A stretch of DNA of 57,840 nucleotides from Candidatus Falkowbacteria bacterium RIFOXYA2_FULL_47_19 (GCA_001780275.1 MFGB01000017.1:1-57840), one strand, 5' to 3'; positions 10,044 to 20,374 are shown, numbered from the stretch's first letter. Numbers and translations: made by a program. The notes: generated by a model not told the origin, from the sequence alone.

Positions 10044-10685
10044 ATGAAAAATAATCTTACCGAAATAATCTGGAAAAAAATAAAAATGCTGCCGGTTTTT
10101 ACCGCGGATGATCTGGTGTTTGCCGGCGCGACCAGGGGGCATTTAAATATTATTCTGTCGCGCTGGTCAAAAAGCGGAAAAATTTTTCGTTTGAAAAAGG
10201 GGATATACGGTTCAGCTGATTTTTTGAGAGAAGCCGATAAAAAGCGTATTTTGCCGGCTTTTACCGAATACGCGGCGAACGCCATTTACCCGTCTTCTTA
10301 TCTTAGTCTGGAATATGTGCTTTACGGCCATAATATCCTGACGGATATGCCGAAAAATTTCACTTCGGTATCGCTCGGTAAGACGGCTGTATTTTCCAAT
10401 ATTTTCGGCCGGTATATTTATCATAAAATAAAGAAAGATCTGTTTCTCGGATTTACCGTAGAAAATATTTCCGGACTGGCGATCCTGAAGGCGAGCCGGG
10501 CCAAGGCCCTGTTTGATTATCTATATCTGAGAAAAAATATTTTAGCCGATGAAAAAGCGGTCAGGGCGCTGCGTCTTGATCCGGACGGTTTTACGGCGAA
10601 AGACCGGGCGGAGTTTGATAAATATCTGCGCCTGGAGGGTTCGGAGAAATTAAAAAAAATAGCTTTTTATTTATGGAAACATTGA
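10044..10685 (+). CDS. Type IV TA antitoxin, AbiEi-like transcriptional regulator
   Basis: LSRWSKSGKIFRLKKGIY wHTH-like segment, PSSYLSLEYVL, KALFDYLY; start may be 10023 or 10044. Confidence 0.85.
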   Translation: MKNNLTEIIWKKIKMLPVFTADDLVFAGATRGHLNIILSRWSKSGKIFRLKKGIYGSADFLREADKKRILPAFTEYAANAIYPSSYLSLEYVLYGHNILTDMPKNFTSVSLGKTAVFSNIFGRYIYHKIKKDLFLGFTVENISGLAILKASRAKALFDYLYLRKNILADEKAVRALRLDPDGFTAKDRAEFDKYLRLEGSEKLKKIAFYLWKH

Positions 10686-11497
10686 AGCCGTATCTGCGCA
10701 ACCTGACAGACGGCGCGACGTCCGCCAATAATCTTTTTAAACGCAATTTGCTCAAAGAGTACCTGCAAATCGCGGTTTTGGATTTTATTTATTCGCATCC
10801 GGAGTATAGCCGCCTGGTTTTTTACGGCGGTTCCTGCTTAGCCCAATGTTACGGCTTGCCGCGCCTGTCCGAGGATCTGGATTTCGTCGATACCGAAAAA
10901 AAAATCAAGGTCGGCGCCCTGGCGGCGGATTTGGAGAAATTCTTCCGGAATACTGATCTAAAAATGAAAGCGACCGAACAAAAATTCCGGATCTATCTTA
11001 AATTTTTTCTGCTCAAGGAATTGGGCCTGTCCGTCGGAAACGAAACCGATCAGCTGTTCGTCAAGGTCGAGATTTTTTCCGGCTTTGATTTTTGCCGGAA
11101 ATACCAAACGGAAATAAAGCCGCTGTTCAAGCATAACCGGACGGTTTTGGCTAATGTTTTTGATTTGCCGACATTAATGGCGACCAAGATCAGGGCCGTA
11201 CTCGGACGCAAATGGGAAAAAACGGATAAAAGCGGCCGGGTCATTATGCGTGTTAAGGGGCGGGATTATTTTGATCTGATGTGGTATCTGGAAAAAGGCG
11301 TTAAGCCCAATCTGGCCTGCATAGAAAGCGCGGCCGGCATGGAAGAACTGAAAGCGGACCTTTTGAAAAATGTCGAAAAACTTGACGAGCGTAGCGTCCG
11401 TCTGGATCTGGAGGCATTCATAGATGACGAAGAGTACGTGAAAAGGCTGAGTAAGAATTTAAAGAAAATTCTGGCGGCCCAGATAGAAAAAATGTAA
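10673..11497 (+). CDS. Type IV TA toxin, AbiEii/AbiGii nucleotidyltransferase
   Basis: KEYLQ, FYGGSCL, RLSEDLDF, ATKIRA, KGRDYFDLMWY. Confidence 0.92.
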   Translation: METLKPYLRNLTDGATSANNLFKRNLLKEYLQIAVLDFIYSHPEYSRLVFYGGSCLAQCYGLPRLSEDLDFVDTEKKIKVGALAADLEKFFRNTDLKMKATEQKFRIYLKFFLLKELGLSVGNETDQLFVKVEIFSGFDFCRKYQTEIKPLFKHNRTVLANVFDLPTLMATKIRAVLGRKWEKTDKSGRVIMRVKGRDYFDLMWYLEKGVKPNLACIESAAGMEELKADLLKNVEKLDERSVRLDLEAFIDDEEYVKRLSKNLKKILAAQIEKM

Positions 11498-11504
11498 GCT
11501 TTGT

Positions 11505-11621
11505 ATGAAACTACTTATCTGCACGCAAAAAGTAGACATCAACGACGATATTCTGGGTTTTTTCCACGGCTGGATCTTGGGATTTCCGATTGCCGATTTT
11601 CGATTTTCGATTTATTTATGA
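11505..11621 (+). pseudogene. Orphan 5' fragment homologous to the downstream GT4, ending in a heptamer array
   Basis: ATG 11505 reads MKLLICTQKVDINDDILGFFHGWI (versus MKILICTQKVDLNDDILGFFHSWI at 11618), then GATTTCC GATTGCC GATTTTC GATTTTC GATTTAT (11581-11615). Confidence 0.8.
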
Positions 11622-12703
11622 AGATTTTAATTTGTACTCAAAAAGTAGATTTAAATGACGATATCCTTGGTTTTTTTCACTCTTGGATCGCCGAGTTCGT
11701 GAAGCATTGTGAAAAAGTGACGGTGATTTGTCTTTGCAGGGGGGAATATGATTTACCCGGGAATGTAAAAATATTATCGCTCGGCAAGGAAGAAAAGTCG
11801 TTATGCGTTATGCGTTATGCGTTATGCGTTACGAGATTAAAGTATATTGCGCGGTTTTATCGCTATATCTGGCGGGAGCGGAAAAATTACGATAAAATAT
11901 TTGTCCACATGAATTCAGAGTATGTCGTATTGGGCGGATGGTTGTGGAAATTGTGGAACAAAAAAATTGGTCTTTGGTATGTGCATAAGGCGATTCCGTG
12001 GCAACTCAAAATCGCGGAAAAATTCGTGGGTGTTATTTTTACGGCGTCGAGGGAGAGTTGTAATTTAGCCAGCCAGAAAATAAAAGTGGTGGGGCATGGC
12101 ATTGATTTGCGGAAATTTGAAATTAGAAATTTGAAATTAGAAATTGGAAATATATTTAAGATTATTTACGTCGGGCGGATTAGTCCGATCAAGAACCAAG
12201 AACTGTTGATAGGGGCGATTGATATTTTGCGTCGTGATACGGCGTTACCGCGTTTATCCGTGAAACTGATCGGCGGTACTATATACGAAAAAGACGAAGA
12301 GTATTTGGGTAAATTGAAAAATTTGGTTAAAGAAAAAAAATTGGGGGGTGTAGTGGAATTCGTCGGTTCGGTGCCGAATAAGGATATAAATAAATATTAC
12401 TCTGAAGCGGATCTGGCGGTTAATTTATGCCCGACCGGCGGGGTGGATAAAGCGGTTTTGGAAGCTATGGCCGCGGGTCTGCCGGTAATAGTTTTTAATA
12501 AGACGTTTGAAAATATATTAGGGGAGCATAAAGAGGAAATGATATTGCGGGAGGAGAACGCGGAGGAATTGGCGGGGAAGATTAGGGGGATTATGGGGTG
12601 GGAGGCGGAGAAAAGAGAGAGGGTTGGCGGGGATTTAAGAGGGGTGGTGGAAAAGGGGTATGGATTGGAAGGCTTGGTTAAAAAAATAAGCGAAGAGTTA
12701 TGA
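11618..12703 (+). CDS. Glycosyltransferase family 4
   Basis: MKILICTQKVD start, VGHGID, VGRISPIKN, DKAVLEAMAAGLP; real start is ATG 11618, not TTG 11501. Confidence 0.92.
   Translation: MKILICTQKVDLNDDILGFFHSWIAEFVKHCEKVTVICLCRGEYDLPGNVKILSLGKEEKSLCVMRYALCVTRLKYIARFYRYIWRERKNYDKIFVHMNSEYVVLGGWLWKLWNKKIGLWYVHKAIPWQLKIAEKFVGVIFTASRESCNLASQKIKVVGHGIDLRKFEIRNLKLEIGNIFKIIYVGRISPIKNQELLIGAIDILRRDTALPRLSVKLIGGTIYEKDEEYLGKLKNLVKEKKLGGVVEFVGSVPNKDINKYYSEADLAVNLCPTGGVDKAVLEAMAAGLPVIVFNKTFENILGEHKEEMILREENAEELAGKIRGIMGWEAEKRERVGGDLRGVVEKGYGLEGLVKKISEEL
11800..11833 (+). repeat. In-frame heptamer tandem repeat (GTTATGC)x4
   Basis: Four perfect copies plus GTTACG, encoding LCVMRYALCVT. Confidence 0.85.
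12112..12153 (+). repeat. In-frame heptamer tandem repeat (GAAATTN)x5-6
   Basis: GAAATTT GAAATTA GAAATTT GAAATTA GAAATTG GAAATAT, encoding KFEIRNLKLEIGN in the interdomain linker. Confidence 0.8.
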
Positions 12704-13728
12704 AGATTTGTTATTTTGGAATTTATGACCCGAACTACAGCCGCAACCGGATACTCAACGGGGGTTTAAGGGAAAACGGAGTTGAAGTTATTGAATGCCG
12801 GACGGAACTTAAGGGGGTAAAGAAATATTTTGACTTGGTTAAAAAACATTGGCGGATCAGGAAAGATTATGATGCAATGGTGGTGGGGTTTCCCGGATAT
12901 CAGGCGATGATTTTAGCCAGATTCCTGACAAGAAAAAAAATAATATTTGATGCGTTTACCTCTCTGTATGATTCTTTGGTGTTAGACAGAAAAACCGTAA
13001 ACAAAAATTCTTTGTCGGCTTATTATTATTGGCTGCTTGATTGGTTGTCTTGCGGATTGGCCGATAAAATTTTACTGGACACGAACGAACAGATTGATTA
13101 TTTCGTTGATACGTTTAAAATAAAAAAAGAAAAATTTATCCGGATTTTTGTCGGCAGTGATATAAGATTGGACGATATTAATAAAAAAAAAGAGGAGCGG
13201 GATTATTTTTTAGTAAATTTTTACGGGACAGATATTCCTCTGCAGGGAGTTGAGTATATTATTGAAGCCGCTGAATTATTAAAAAATGAAAATATCAGGT
13301 TTAGTATTATAGGCACGAAAATAAAAAAACGATACGAAAGCGGCGGGTATGCGAATATTGATTTTTTTGATAATATGGAATTTAAAGAACTTATCCGTTA
13401 TGTAGCATCAGCTGATATTAATTTAGGAATATTCGGCGGAACCGAAAAAGCGCGAAGAGTAATCCCTAATAAAGTTTACGATGCCTTAGCAGTTGGGTCA
13501 GCGATCATAACCGGAGACACGCCTGCGGCCAGAGAAATATTGAGCGATGGCGTAAATGCGGTTTTTTGCCGGATGGCCGATGCGGGGGATTTGGCCGAGA
13601 AGATTTTATTGTTAAAAAGTGATAATAATTTAAGAAATAAAATTTCACGCGATAGCCGTGATCTGTTTCAGAATTATTTACGGCCGAAACTGCTAGCCTG
13701 CCAGCTTCTTAACTTAATTAATATCTAA
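12700..13728 (+). CDS. Glycosyltransferase family 4
   Basis: YSRNRIL, FYGTDIPLQGVEYI, LGIFG...VIPNKVYDALA. Confidence 0.9.
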   Translation: MKICYFGIYDPNYSRNRILNGGLRENGVEVIECRTELKGVKKYFDLVKKHWRIRKDYDAMVVGFPGYQAMILARFLTRKKIIFDAFTSLYDSLVLDRKTVNKNSLSAYYYWLLDWLSCGLADKILLDTNEQIDYFVDTFKIKKEKFIRIFVGSDIRLDDINKKKEERDYFLVNFYGTDIPLQGVEYIIEAAELLKNENIRFSIIGTKIKKRYESGGYANIDFFDNMEFKELIRYVASADINLGIFGGTEKARRVIPNKVYDALAVGSAIITGDTPAAREILSDGVNAVFCRMADAGDLAEKILLLKSDNNLRNKISRDSRDLFQNYLRPKLLACQLLNLINI

Positions 13729-13732
13729 AATT

Positions 13733-14416
13733 ATGTTTTATTTTCCTGGAACCAGAAATCCGAATTTCAAAAATTTGGAATATCTTAATTATGATAATTA
13801 TTGGGATTATCAATGTCCGGAGTTCAGGACGAAACTAAGAGAGCGTGAAGTCATGTTTATAAACCGGATAAAAGAGGGGAGCAAGGTTCTGGATATTGCC
13901 TGCGGCATGTCTCCTTTTTTACTCGAACTTAAAAAAAGAAAGAAATGCGACGTGACGGCTTATGATATATCAAAAAACGCCGTAGATGAACAGGTGAAAA
14001 GAGGCGTTAAGGGTAGGGTAGTAGATATCGGCGACCCGAAGTTTGAATTAGAAGAACAGTTTGATTATGTGGTTATGAGCGAAATCATAGAGCATTTAGT
14101 GTATCCGGAAAAATTGATAAACGCTTTAAAAAATAAAACCAAGTATATTCTAATTTCATTCCCGAACAGCGGTTTTTACAGATATCGCCTGGGCCTGATG
14201 TTTAAGGGAAGATTTTTTACCCAATGGGCTTATCATCCGTCAGAGCATTTAAGATTCTGGACGCACATTGATTTCGTAGACTGGTTGGATGCTCTGGGTA
14301 TGAATCTGGTAAAATGCGAAGCATCTAACGGATTAAGCATTGGTCCGATTAAATTATTTAATTTATGGAAAAATTTGTTCGGGCATCAGATCGTTTATTT
14401 ATGCACAAAGAAATGA
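13733..14416 (+). CDS. Class I SAM-dependent methyltransferase (MetW-like)
   Basis: KVLDIACG, FDYVVMSEIIEHL, ISFPN. Confidence 0.85.
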   Translation: MFYFPGTRNPNFKNLEYLNYDNYWDYQCPEFRTKLREREVMFINRIKEGSKVLDIACGMSPFLLELKKRKKCDVTAYDISKNAVDEQVKRGVKGRVVDIGDPKFELEEQFDYVVMSEIIEHLVYPEKLINALKNKTKYILISFPNSGFYRYRLGLMFKGRFFTQWAYHPSEHLRFWTHIDFVDWLDALGMNLVKCEASNGLSIGPIKLFNLWKNLFGHQIVYLCTKK

Positions 14417-14440
14417 TTAATAATAAACTGGTAAATTCAA

Positions 14441-15976
14441 ATGAAGCCGATTAAAGATAAATTTGTTTTGCTTTTCAATCCGCAACCCACAAGACATGGC
14501 CGCACAGTCGCTCCATTGGGTCTTTTGGCAATTTCCGCTTATCTGGACAAGGACGGATATGACATCAGGGTGTTTCATTCTTTTCAAAAAGAGAAATGTG
14601 CGGAAATTTTAGAATATCTAAATAAGGCGATTTGTGTCGGAATAACATCCATGACCGGATATCAAATCATAGACGGATTGAATTTCGCGAGAATGGTTAG
14701 GGAAAAAAACAAAAACGTTCCAATTGTTTGGGGCGGAATTCATCCTACGATCATGCCCCTTCAAACAGCCGAACACCCCCTAGTCGATATCGTTGTCAGG
14801 GGGCAGGGCGAGGAAACTTTTTATGATTTGGTTAAGGCGCTGGATAGCGGTAGTGAATTAGAAAAAATTTCCGGAATCGTTTATAAAATAAACGGAAAAA
14901 TTATTGAAACCCCGGCCCGGGCGGCAAAAGGCCTTAATGAATTTCCGGCATTACCATATCACATTTTAGGCGACAGCATTGAAAGTTATATCTCTAAGCC
15001 CAGTATTTATGCTAAGAGGCAATTACCAATTATAACCGGAGACGGTTGTTGCTTTAATTGCGGTTTTTGCTACTTATCTTCGCCTGAGTTCAAAAGAAAG
15101 TGGACAGCATATCCGGCGGAAAGAGTAGTTGATGAAATCGAATATTTAGTCGAGAAGTATAATTTATCAGGCATAGATATCAGAGACTCTAATTTTTTTA
15201 TTGACAAAGAGAGGTCTAGAAAAATTTTTCAGGGCATAATAGAAAAAAAACTCAAAATCGCCCTTATAGACGTTAATGGCCGAGTTGATCAGCTGGTGAG
15301 ATTTGATGAAGAATATTGGAGGTTAATGGAAGCTGCCGGTGTTAAGGAAATATTAGTGGGAGCTGAATCGGGCGATCAGGAAATGCTGGATTTAATAAAA
15401 AAGGGCATCACTCCGGAAGTAACACTGGAATGTACGAAAAAGGCAAAAAAATACAATATCAATATTATCAACTCATTGATGACAAATTTTCCACCCACCA
15501 CCGACGATTCGGTTCAGATAAAAAGAGATTTGAAACGGGAATTGAATAATACTGCGGAGTTAGCTAGAAAAATGTTTGAAATAAATCCACTGACCAACAT
15601 AATGTTATTTTTTTATACGCCTTATCCGGGCACCCCTTTGTATGAGTTGTGTTTAAAGAGCGGTTTTAAAGCTCCGCAAAATTTTGAGGATTGGGGTAAT
15701 AATGATCTTAATACGCAAACGGTTCCATGGGCAGACAGGAATCATACAAATAAGGCCATATTATTAAACGATCTGTTCGTATTAAAGAAAATCACGTCAA
15801 TAGAATATTTCAAATCAAGGCAAAACACAAAATTAAAACACTATATATTAAGGTATTCAGGACTGCCCACGTTGCTTAATTGGTGGATTACTTTTAGATT
15901 GAAACATAAAATTTATTTATTTCCTTTTGAAAGAATTCTATTTTGGCTTAGCCGCCAGATAAACAAAACGAAATAG
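14441..15976 (+). CDS. Cobalamin-binding radical SAM protein (#1)
   Basis: PLGLLAIS, WGGIHPT, RGQGEE, CCFNCGFC, GAESG, PYPGTPLY. Confidence 0.92.
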   Translation: MKPIKDKFVLLFNPQPTRHGRTVAPLGLLAISAYLDKDGYDIRVFHSFQKEKCAEILEYLNKAICVGITSMTGYQIIDGLNFARMVREKNKNVPIVWGGIHPTIMPLQTAEHPLVDIVVRGQGEETFYDLVKALDSGSELEKISGIVYKINGKIIETPARAAKGLNEFPALPYHILGDSIESYISKPSIYAKRQLPIITGDGCCFNCGFCYLSSPEFKRKWTAYPAERVVDEIEYLVEKYNLSGIDIRDSNFFIDKERSRKIFQGIIEKKLKIALIDVNGRVDQLVRFDEEYWRLMEAAGVKEILVGAESGDQEMLDLIKKGITPEVTLECTKKAKKYNINIINSLMTNFPPTTDDSVQIKRDLKRELNNTAELARKMFEINPLTNIMLFFYTPYPGTPLYELCLKSGFKAPQNFEDWGNNDLNTQTVPWADRNHTNKAILLNDLFVLKKITSIEYFKSRQNTKLKHYILRYSGLPTLLNWWITFRLKHKIYLFPFERILFWLSRQINKTK

Positions 15977-15978
15977 TC

Positions 15979-17481
15979 ATGGAGCTATTTGTAAATGATA
16001 AAATATGTTTGATAACACCCCCCTCGCCTTTTTTATTGGACGAGAGGGTTTTTGTACATGTCGGGATACTAAAGGTAGCTTCAACGCTTGAGCAGCAAGG
16101 ACATCCGGTTGATTTTTTAGATTTAAGCGGTATTGATAATTATCTTGAGGTTGTGGCTGATTACTGTAAGGCCTATAAAACCAAAGTATTCGGGTTGACG
16201 GCATCAACGCCGCAAATTCCTTTTGCCGTTAAAATCGCCCAAGAAATCAGGAGTATTGCTCCTGACTGTAAGATAATTTTAGGCGGACCGCATGTTACCC
16301 TAATGAACGCCGCCAGTAAAGGAGAGTGTCGCAGGGGGATGGAGGCGGGTGACAGGGCTACACAGGATATAGAAAAACTCAAAAAAATTTTTGATGTTTT
16401 GGTTTGTGGAGACGGTGAACTAGCTATATTTGAAGCTTTGAAAATAAAATCCGGAATCATAGACGCTGACACCAGAAAATCAAAATTTTTTTTGACAAAC
16501 GAACAATTTTCAAACTTACCACTGCCTGCCCGCCACCTAGTAGACATTAATTCTTACCACTATACGATCGAAGGCAAAAGATCAACAAGTTTAATAGCTC
16601 AACTAGGATGCCCCTTTCAGTGTTCATTTTGCAGCGGCAGGAATTCCCCCTTTCTCAGGCATATCAGGCAAAGGAATTCGGATTCTATTATTGATGAAAT
16701 GAGAAATCTTTATAAAAATTATGGTTTTACGGGATTCATGTTTTATGACGACGAATTGAATGTAAATACGGGTTTAGTGGAATTGTTGGACAAGATCACT
16801 GATCTGCAGTATGAACTTGGTGAAGAATTTAGGTTAAGGGGTTTTGTGAAGGCTGAACTTTTCAATGAGAAACAGGCGTCAGCCATGTATCGCGCCGGTT
16901 TTAGGTGGTTATTAACCGGATTTGAGTCTGGTGATGAAAGAATTCTGAAAAATATCAAGAAAAAGGCGAGCGTAGCCGATAATACTAGGGCAGTAGAGAT
17001 CGCTAAGAAGTATAATTTAAAAGTAAAGGCCCTGATGTCTGTCGGGCAGGCCGGAGAAAGTCACAAAACCATTGATAATGTGAAAAAATGGCTTTTAGAT
17101 GTCCAGCCAGAAGACTTTGACTGCACTATCATTACGGTTTACCCAGGCTCTCCTTATTTTGATGATGCAATAAAAAAAGATGATCATTATGTTTATATTT
17201 CTGATGTTACCGGAGACAAATTATACCAATCCGCAGTTGATTATCACACGGAACTCGGGTATTATAAAGGCGACCCCGATGGCGGATACATTTCTTATGT
17301 ATGGACGGATCATATTTCGGCCCAAGAATTAGTAAAAGCTCGCGACGAACTGGAAAGAGAGGTTAGGGCAAAATTAAACTTACCGTTTAATCAGTCGGGA
17401 AAGGGAATCAAGTATGAACATTCAATGGGGATGGGGGGCGCTGATATTCCGGATTATATTTTTAAAAAAAGTTATAAATAA
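15979..17481 (+). CDS. Cobalamin-binding radical SAM protein (#2)
   Basis: LGGPHVT, GDGE, GCPFQCSFC, FYDD, GFESG, YPGSPY. Confidence 0.92.
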   Translation: MELFVNDKICLITPPSPFLLDERVFVHVGILKVASTLEQQGHPVDFLDLSGIDNYLEVVADYCKAYKTKVFGLTASTPQIPFAVKIAQEIRSIAPDCKIILGGPHVTLMNAASKGECRRGMEAGDRATQDIEKLKKIFDVLVCGDGELAIFEALKIKSGIIDADTRKSKFFLTNEQFSNLPLPARHLVDINSYHYTIEGKRSTSLIAQLGCPFQCSFCSGRNSPFLRHIRQRNSDSIIDEMRNLYKNYGFTGFMFYDDELNVNTGLVELLDKITDLQYELGEEFRLRGFVKAELFNEKQASAMYRAGFRWLLTGFESGDERILKNIKKKASVADNTRAVEIAKKYNLKVKALMSVGQAGESHKTIDNVKKWLLDVQPEDFDCTIITVYPGSPYFDDAIKKDDHYVYISDVTGDKLYQSAVDYHTELGYYKGDPDGGYISYVWTDHISAQELVKARDELEREVRAKLNLPFNQSGKGIKYEHSMGMGGADIPDYIFKKSYK

Positions 17482-17486
17482 AATAT

Positions 17487-18548
17487 ATGAAAATAATAGC
17501 CATAACTCCGGTTTCAGACAAGACTACGGTTGGTAATATGATCATACAGGGATTGAATGATTTGGGGTGTAATGTAATCGCGACCTATCCCGGGAATAGC
17601 GTGATTAATCATTATAATGATGACGATGTCGTAAGACAATCAAAAGACGCTGACTATGTTTTTGTGTTTTGGGGCAAAGAGTCAAGCTACCAGCCCGGTT
17701 TTTTTGATAAAATTGCGGGACGAAAAAAAATAGTTTATGGATTACCAAAATATTACCTGCTTGACAGAATTAACAGGCCGGAAATAACGGCGTATATAGA
17801 CGAAAGCGAGTGGACAAGCACCGGATATCCCGATACGGGCGGTGAACTGTCGCCCGCGTATTGGACGACAAACAAAAATGGCCTTTTTAGCAGGCAGAAA
17901 GTTGAGGCTAAGTATAATCCAAAGAGATGCAAGGGGGAGCCCTGGTTAAACGAAAAGATGTTAAATTCCTGCAAGTGGTACTTTAAAAGAGAGTGTTATC
18001 CGGAAGACAAGAAAATGGGAATTATTCCACTGAACGTAGGATGTTGGAATGAATACTTCAGCGGCATAGAAATTAAAAAAGATATTGATATTTTTTGTTC
18101 ATTCGGACAACTTGACACCGGTCTTCGTTATGAGGTTTTTCATTTTTGCAGAAAGCTCGCGCACGAAGGTTTTAAAGTGAAATTTGTCGGAATGGGAAAG
18201 GAAAAAGTTGATTTTCGCACCTATCAAGAATTAATAGCGAGGTCATACATCGGCCTTTCCGCCTGGGGGGCCGGAAATAGCTGTCGGAGATTATTTGAAG
18301 TTATGGCTGGAAAAACATGTTGTTTCGCACAAAAGACCGAAATAGAATTTATTCATAAGCCGGAAGACGGCGTGCACTATGTTGAATATTCAACCATGGC
18401 TGAGTTCATGGATAAGATATACCATTATCTTTATAACAAAAAAACCTGCATTGAGATTGGTCAAAAGGGATACGATTTTGTTAAAGAGTATCACGCCCCA
18501 ATTGCCAGGGTTAAGTATATGCTGGAGATTATGTCAAAAAATAAGTAG
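17487..18548 (+). CDS. Putative glycosyltransferase (CgeB/GT-B C-terminal-like)
   Basis: YFKRE, YQELIARSYIGLSAWGAG..RRLFEV, EIGQKGYDFVKEYH. Confidence 0.65.
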   Translation: MKIIAITPVSDKTTVGNMIIQGLNDLGCNVIATYPGNSVINHYNDDDVVRQSKDADYVFVFWGKESSYQPGFFDKIAGRKKIVYGLPKYYLLDRINRPEITAYIDESEWTSTGYPDTGGELSPAYWTTNKNGLFSRQKVEAKYNPKRCKGEPWLNEKMLNSCKWYFKRECYPEDKKMGIIPLNVGCWNEYFSGIEIKKDIDIFCSFGQLDTGLRYEVFHFCRKLAHEGFKVKFVGMGKEKVDFRTYQELIARSYIGLSAWGAGNSCRRLFEVMAGKTCCFAQKTEIEFIHKPEDGVHYVEYSTMAEFMDKIYHYLYNKKTCIEIGQKGYDFVKEYHAPIARVKYMLEIMSKNK

Positions 18549-18574
18549 AATTAATTTATTAAGCCTATCAAAGT

Positions 18575-20374
18575 ATGGATAAAAAATATATTCTTGGAAT
18601 AAATCTTCCACTCAAGTCCCGCTGTCATGAGTCCGGCGTGGCTTTAATTGATTTTGACGGGAACGTTTTGTTTGCCGCCAGCGAGGAGCGGTTTTCACGG
18701 AAAAAACTTGAAGGCGATTTTCCGGAGTTATCAATAAAGGCCATGTTTGCCCATACCGAAATAAAGAAGGAAGACGTGGTTTTTGTGGTTGTTCCGACTT
18801 TAAGTTTTTACCGCAAAGCGTTTCGGTTTATGAAATTTGTTATTAGAGAGCGGTGGAGACATCTTTTCAGGTTAAAAACCTACCAGACGCTATGGAAAAT
18901 TTTTTTCAAAGAAAAAGATTTTCAGGCGGCCGCAGGCTCTAATCAGGAAGTGGAAGGTTCGGGGCTTAAGTATTATTGGAAGGACTTTATTAAGAATAAT
19001 TTTCCCAAAGCCGAACTAAAATTCTCGGATCACCATATTGCTCATGCCAGTGGCGCGTATTTTTGTTCGCCCTGGGAAAGATCACTAGTCCTAACTTTGG
19101 ACGGAGCCGGAAATTTATTGTCATCAGTTGTTGGGTTGGCTGATCGTGGCCGGATCAGGATTATCGGCCGGTCATTCGTGCCTAACTCCCTAGGATCTTT
19201 TTGGGGGAGTATTACTAAGGCCTGCGGTTTTAAATCCGGCATCCGCCACGGCGGGAAAGTTACCGGCCTGGCGGCGCGCGGCAACCCCGATAAATTAATT
19301 GATAAAATGCGCGAGGCCGTGAAATGCAAAGGTTTAGGCATAAAGATCAAGGAAGAGCTTTTCTTTAATCCGGATAAGTTATTACCTGATTGGGCGGGGT
19401 ATGAGCCGGAAAGGATCAAGGGGTTTTTGGGCGAGGCGAGCCGCGAAGATATCGCCGCCGCCGCTCAGCAGAGATTAATTGAAGTTGTTCTAGGTATTGT
19501 AAAAAACGCGCAGAAAAAAGTGGAATTTGATAAAGTCGTCATGGCGGGCGGGGTATTTGCCAACGTACTTATGAACCAGGCGATACTGGAATTGCCGGGA
19601 GTGAAAGATGTGTTCATATTTCCGGCCATGTCTGACGGCGGTTTAGCCTTTGGGGCGGCTATTCATTTTTTGTCTGAGCTGAAACTGCGAGAAGGGGAGC
19701 GGCTTAAACCAAGGGAATTACGAAATGTATACTTCGGTCCAAGCCATGACGAAAAAGAGATTCTGCAGGCGCTCCAGGAACAGAAAATTAATTATAAAAA
19801 ATTGGAAAATCCGGCTAAGGATATAGCTAAACTTATCTACGCTAATAAAATAGTGGCTTTTTATCAAGGAAGAGTAGAATTTGGTCCGCGGGCGCTTGGT
19901 AATCGTTCTATAATCTACGCGCCGATCGATCCAACCGCCAACGATTGGCTGAATAAAAAATTGCGGCGAAGCGAATTCATGCCCTTTGCGCCGGTGACCA
20001 TGCTTGAACACATCAAGGATTGTTACCTTGATATAGCGGACGATCCGCTGGCGGCCCGGTTTATGACCATAACTTATGCCTGTACAGATAAGATGAGAAA
20101 AGAAGCGCCGGCCTGCGTACACGTGGATGGCACCGCCCGCCCGCAAGTCATTACCAGGGAGGATAACCCTTATTACTATGATATCGTGAATGAATATTAT
20201 AAATTGAGCGGTATTCCCACCCTGATCAACACCAGCTTTAATATGCACGAAGAACCAATTGTAGAGAGTCCTTTTGACGCGGTTAGATCGTTTCTGGACT
20301 CAGGTATTGACTATTTGGTTATGGAAAATTATATTGCCGCTTTTGAAGACAATAAGCATTTGGCGAAAAATTAA
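18575..20374 (+). CDS. Carbamoyltransferase, NodU/CmcH family (#1)
   Basis: SEERFSRKK, HHIAHA, DGAG, EFGPRALGNRS, HVDGTARPQ, NTSFNMHEEP. Confidence 0.95.
   Translation: MDKKYILGINLPLKSRCHESGVALIDFDGNVLFAASEERFSRKKLEGDFPELSIKAMFAHTEIKKEDVVFVVVPTLSFYRKAFRFMKFVIRERWRHLFRLKTYQTLWKIFFKEKDFQAAAGSNQEVEGSGLKYYWKDFIKNNFPKAELKFSDHHIAHASGAYFCSPWERSLVLTLDGAGNLLSSVVGLADRGRIRIIGRSFVPNSLGSFWGSITKACGFKSGIRHGGKVTGLAARGNPDKLIDKMREAVKCKGLGIKIKEELFFNPDKLLPDWAGYEPERIKGFLGEASREDIAAAAQQRLIEVVLGIVKNAQKKVEFDKVVMAGGVFANVLMNQAILELPGVKDVFIFPAMSDGGLAFGAAIHFLSELKLREGERLKPRELRNVYFGPSHDEKEILQALQEQKINYKKLENPAKDIAKLIYANKIVAFYQGRVEFGPRALGNRSIIYAPIDPTANDWLNKKLRRSEFMPFAPVTMLEHIKDCYLDIADDPLAARFMTITYACTDKMRKEAPACVHVDGTARPQVITREDNPYYYDIVNEYYKLSGIPTLINTSFNMHEEPIVESPFDAVRSFLDSGIDYLVMENYIAAFEDNKHLAKN

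Noticed and set aside
11501-11617. N-terminal extension of the GT4 given in the ORF track
   Set aside because: It is an out-of-frame reading of the duplicated gene-start fragment plus the heptamer array; the family-like start is ATG 11618.
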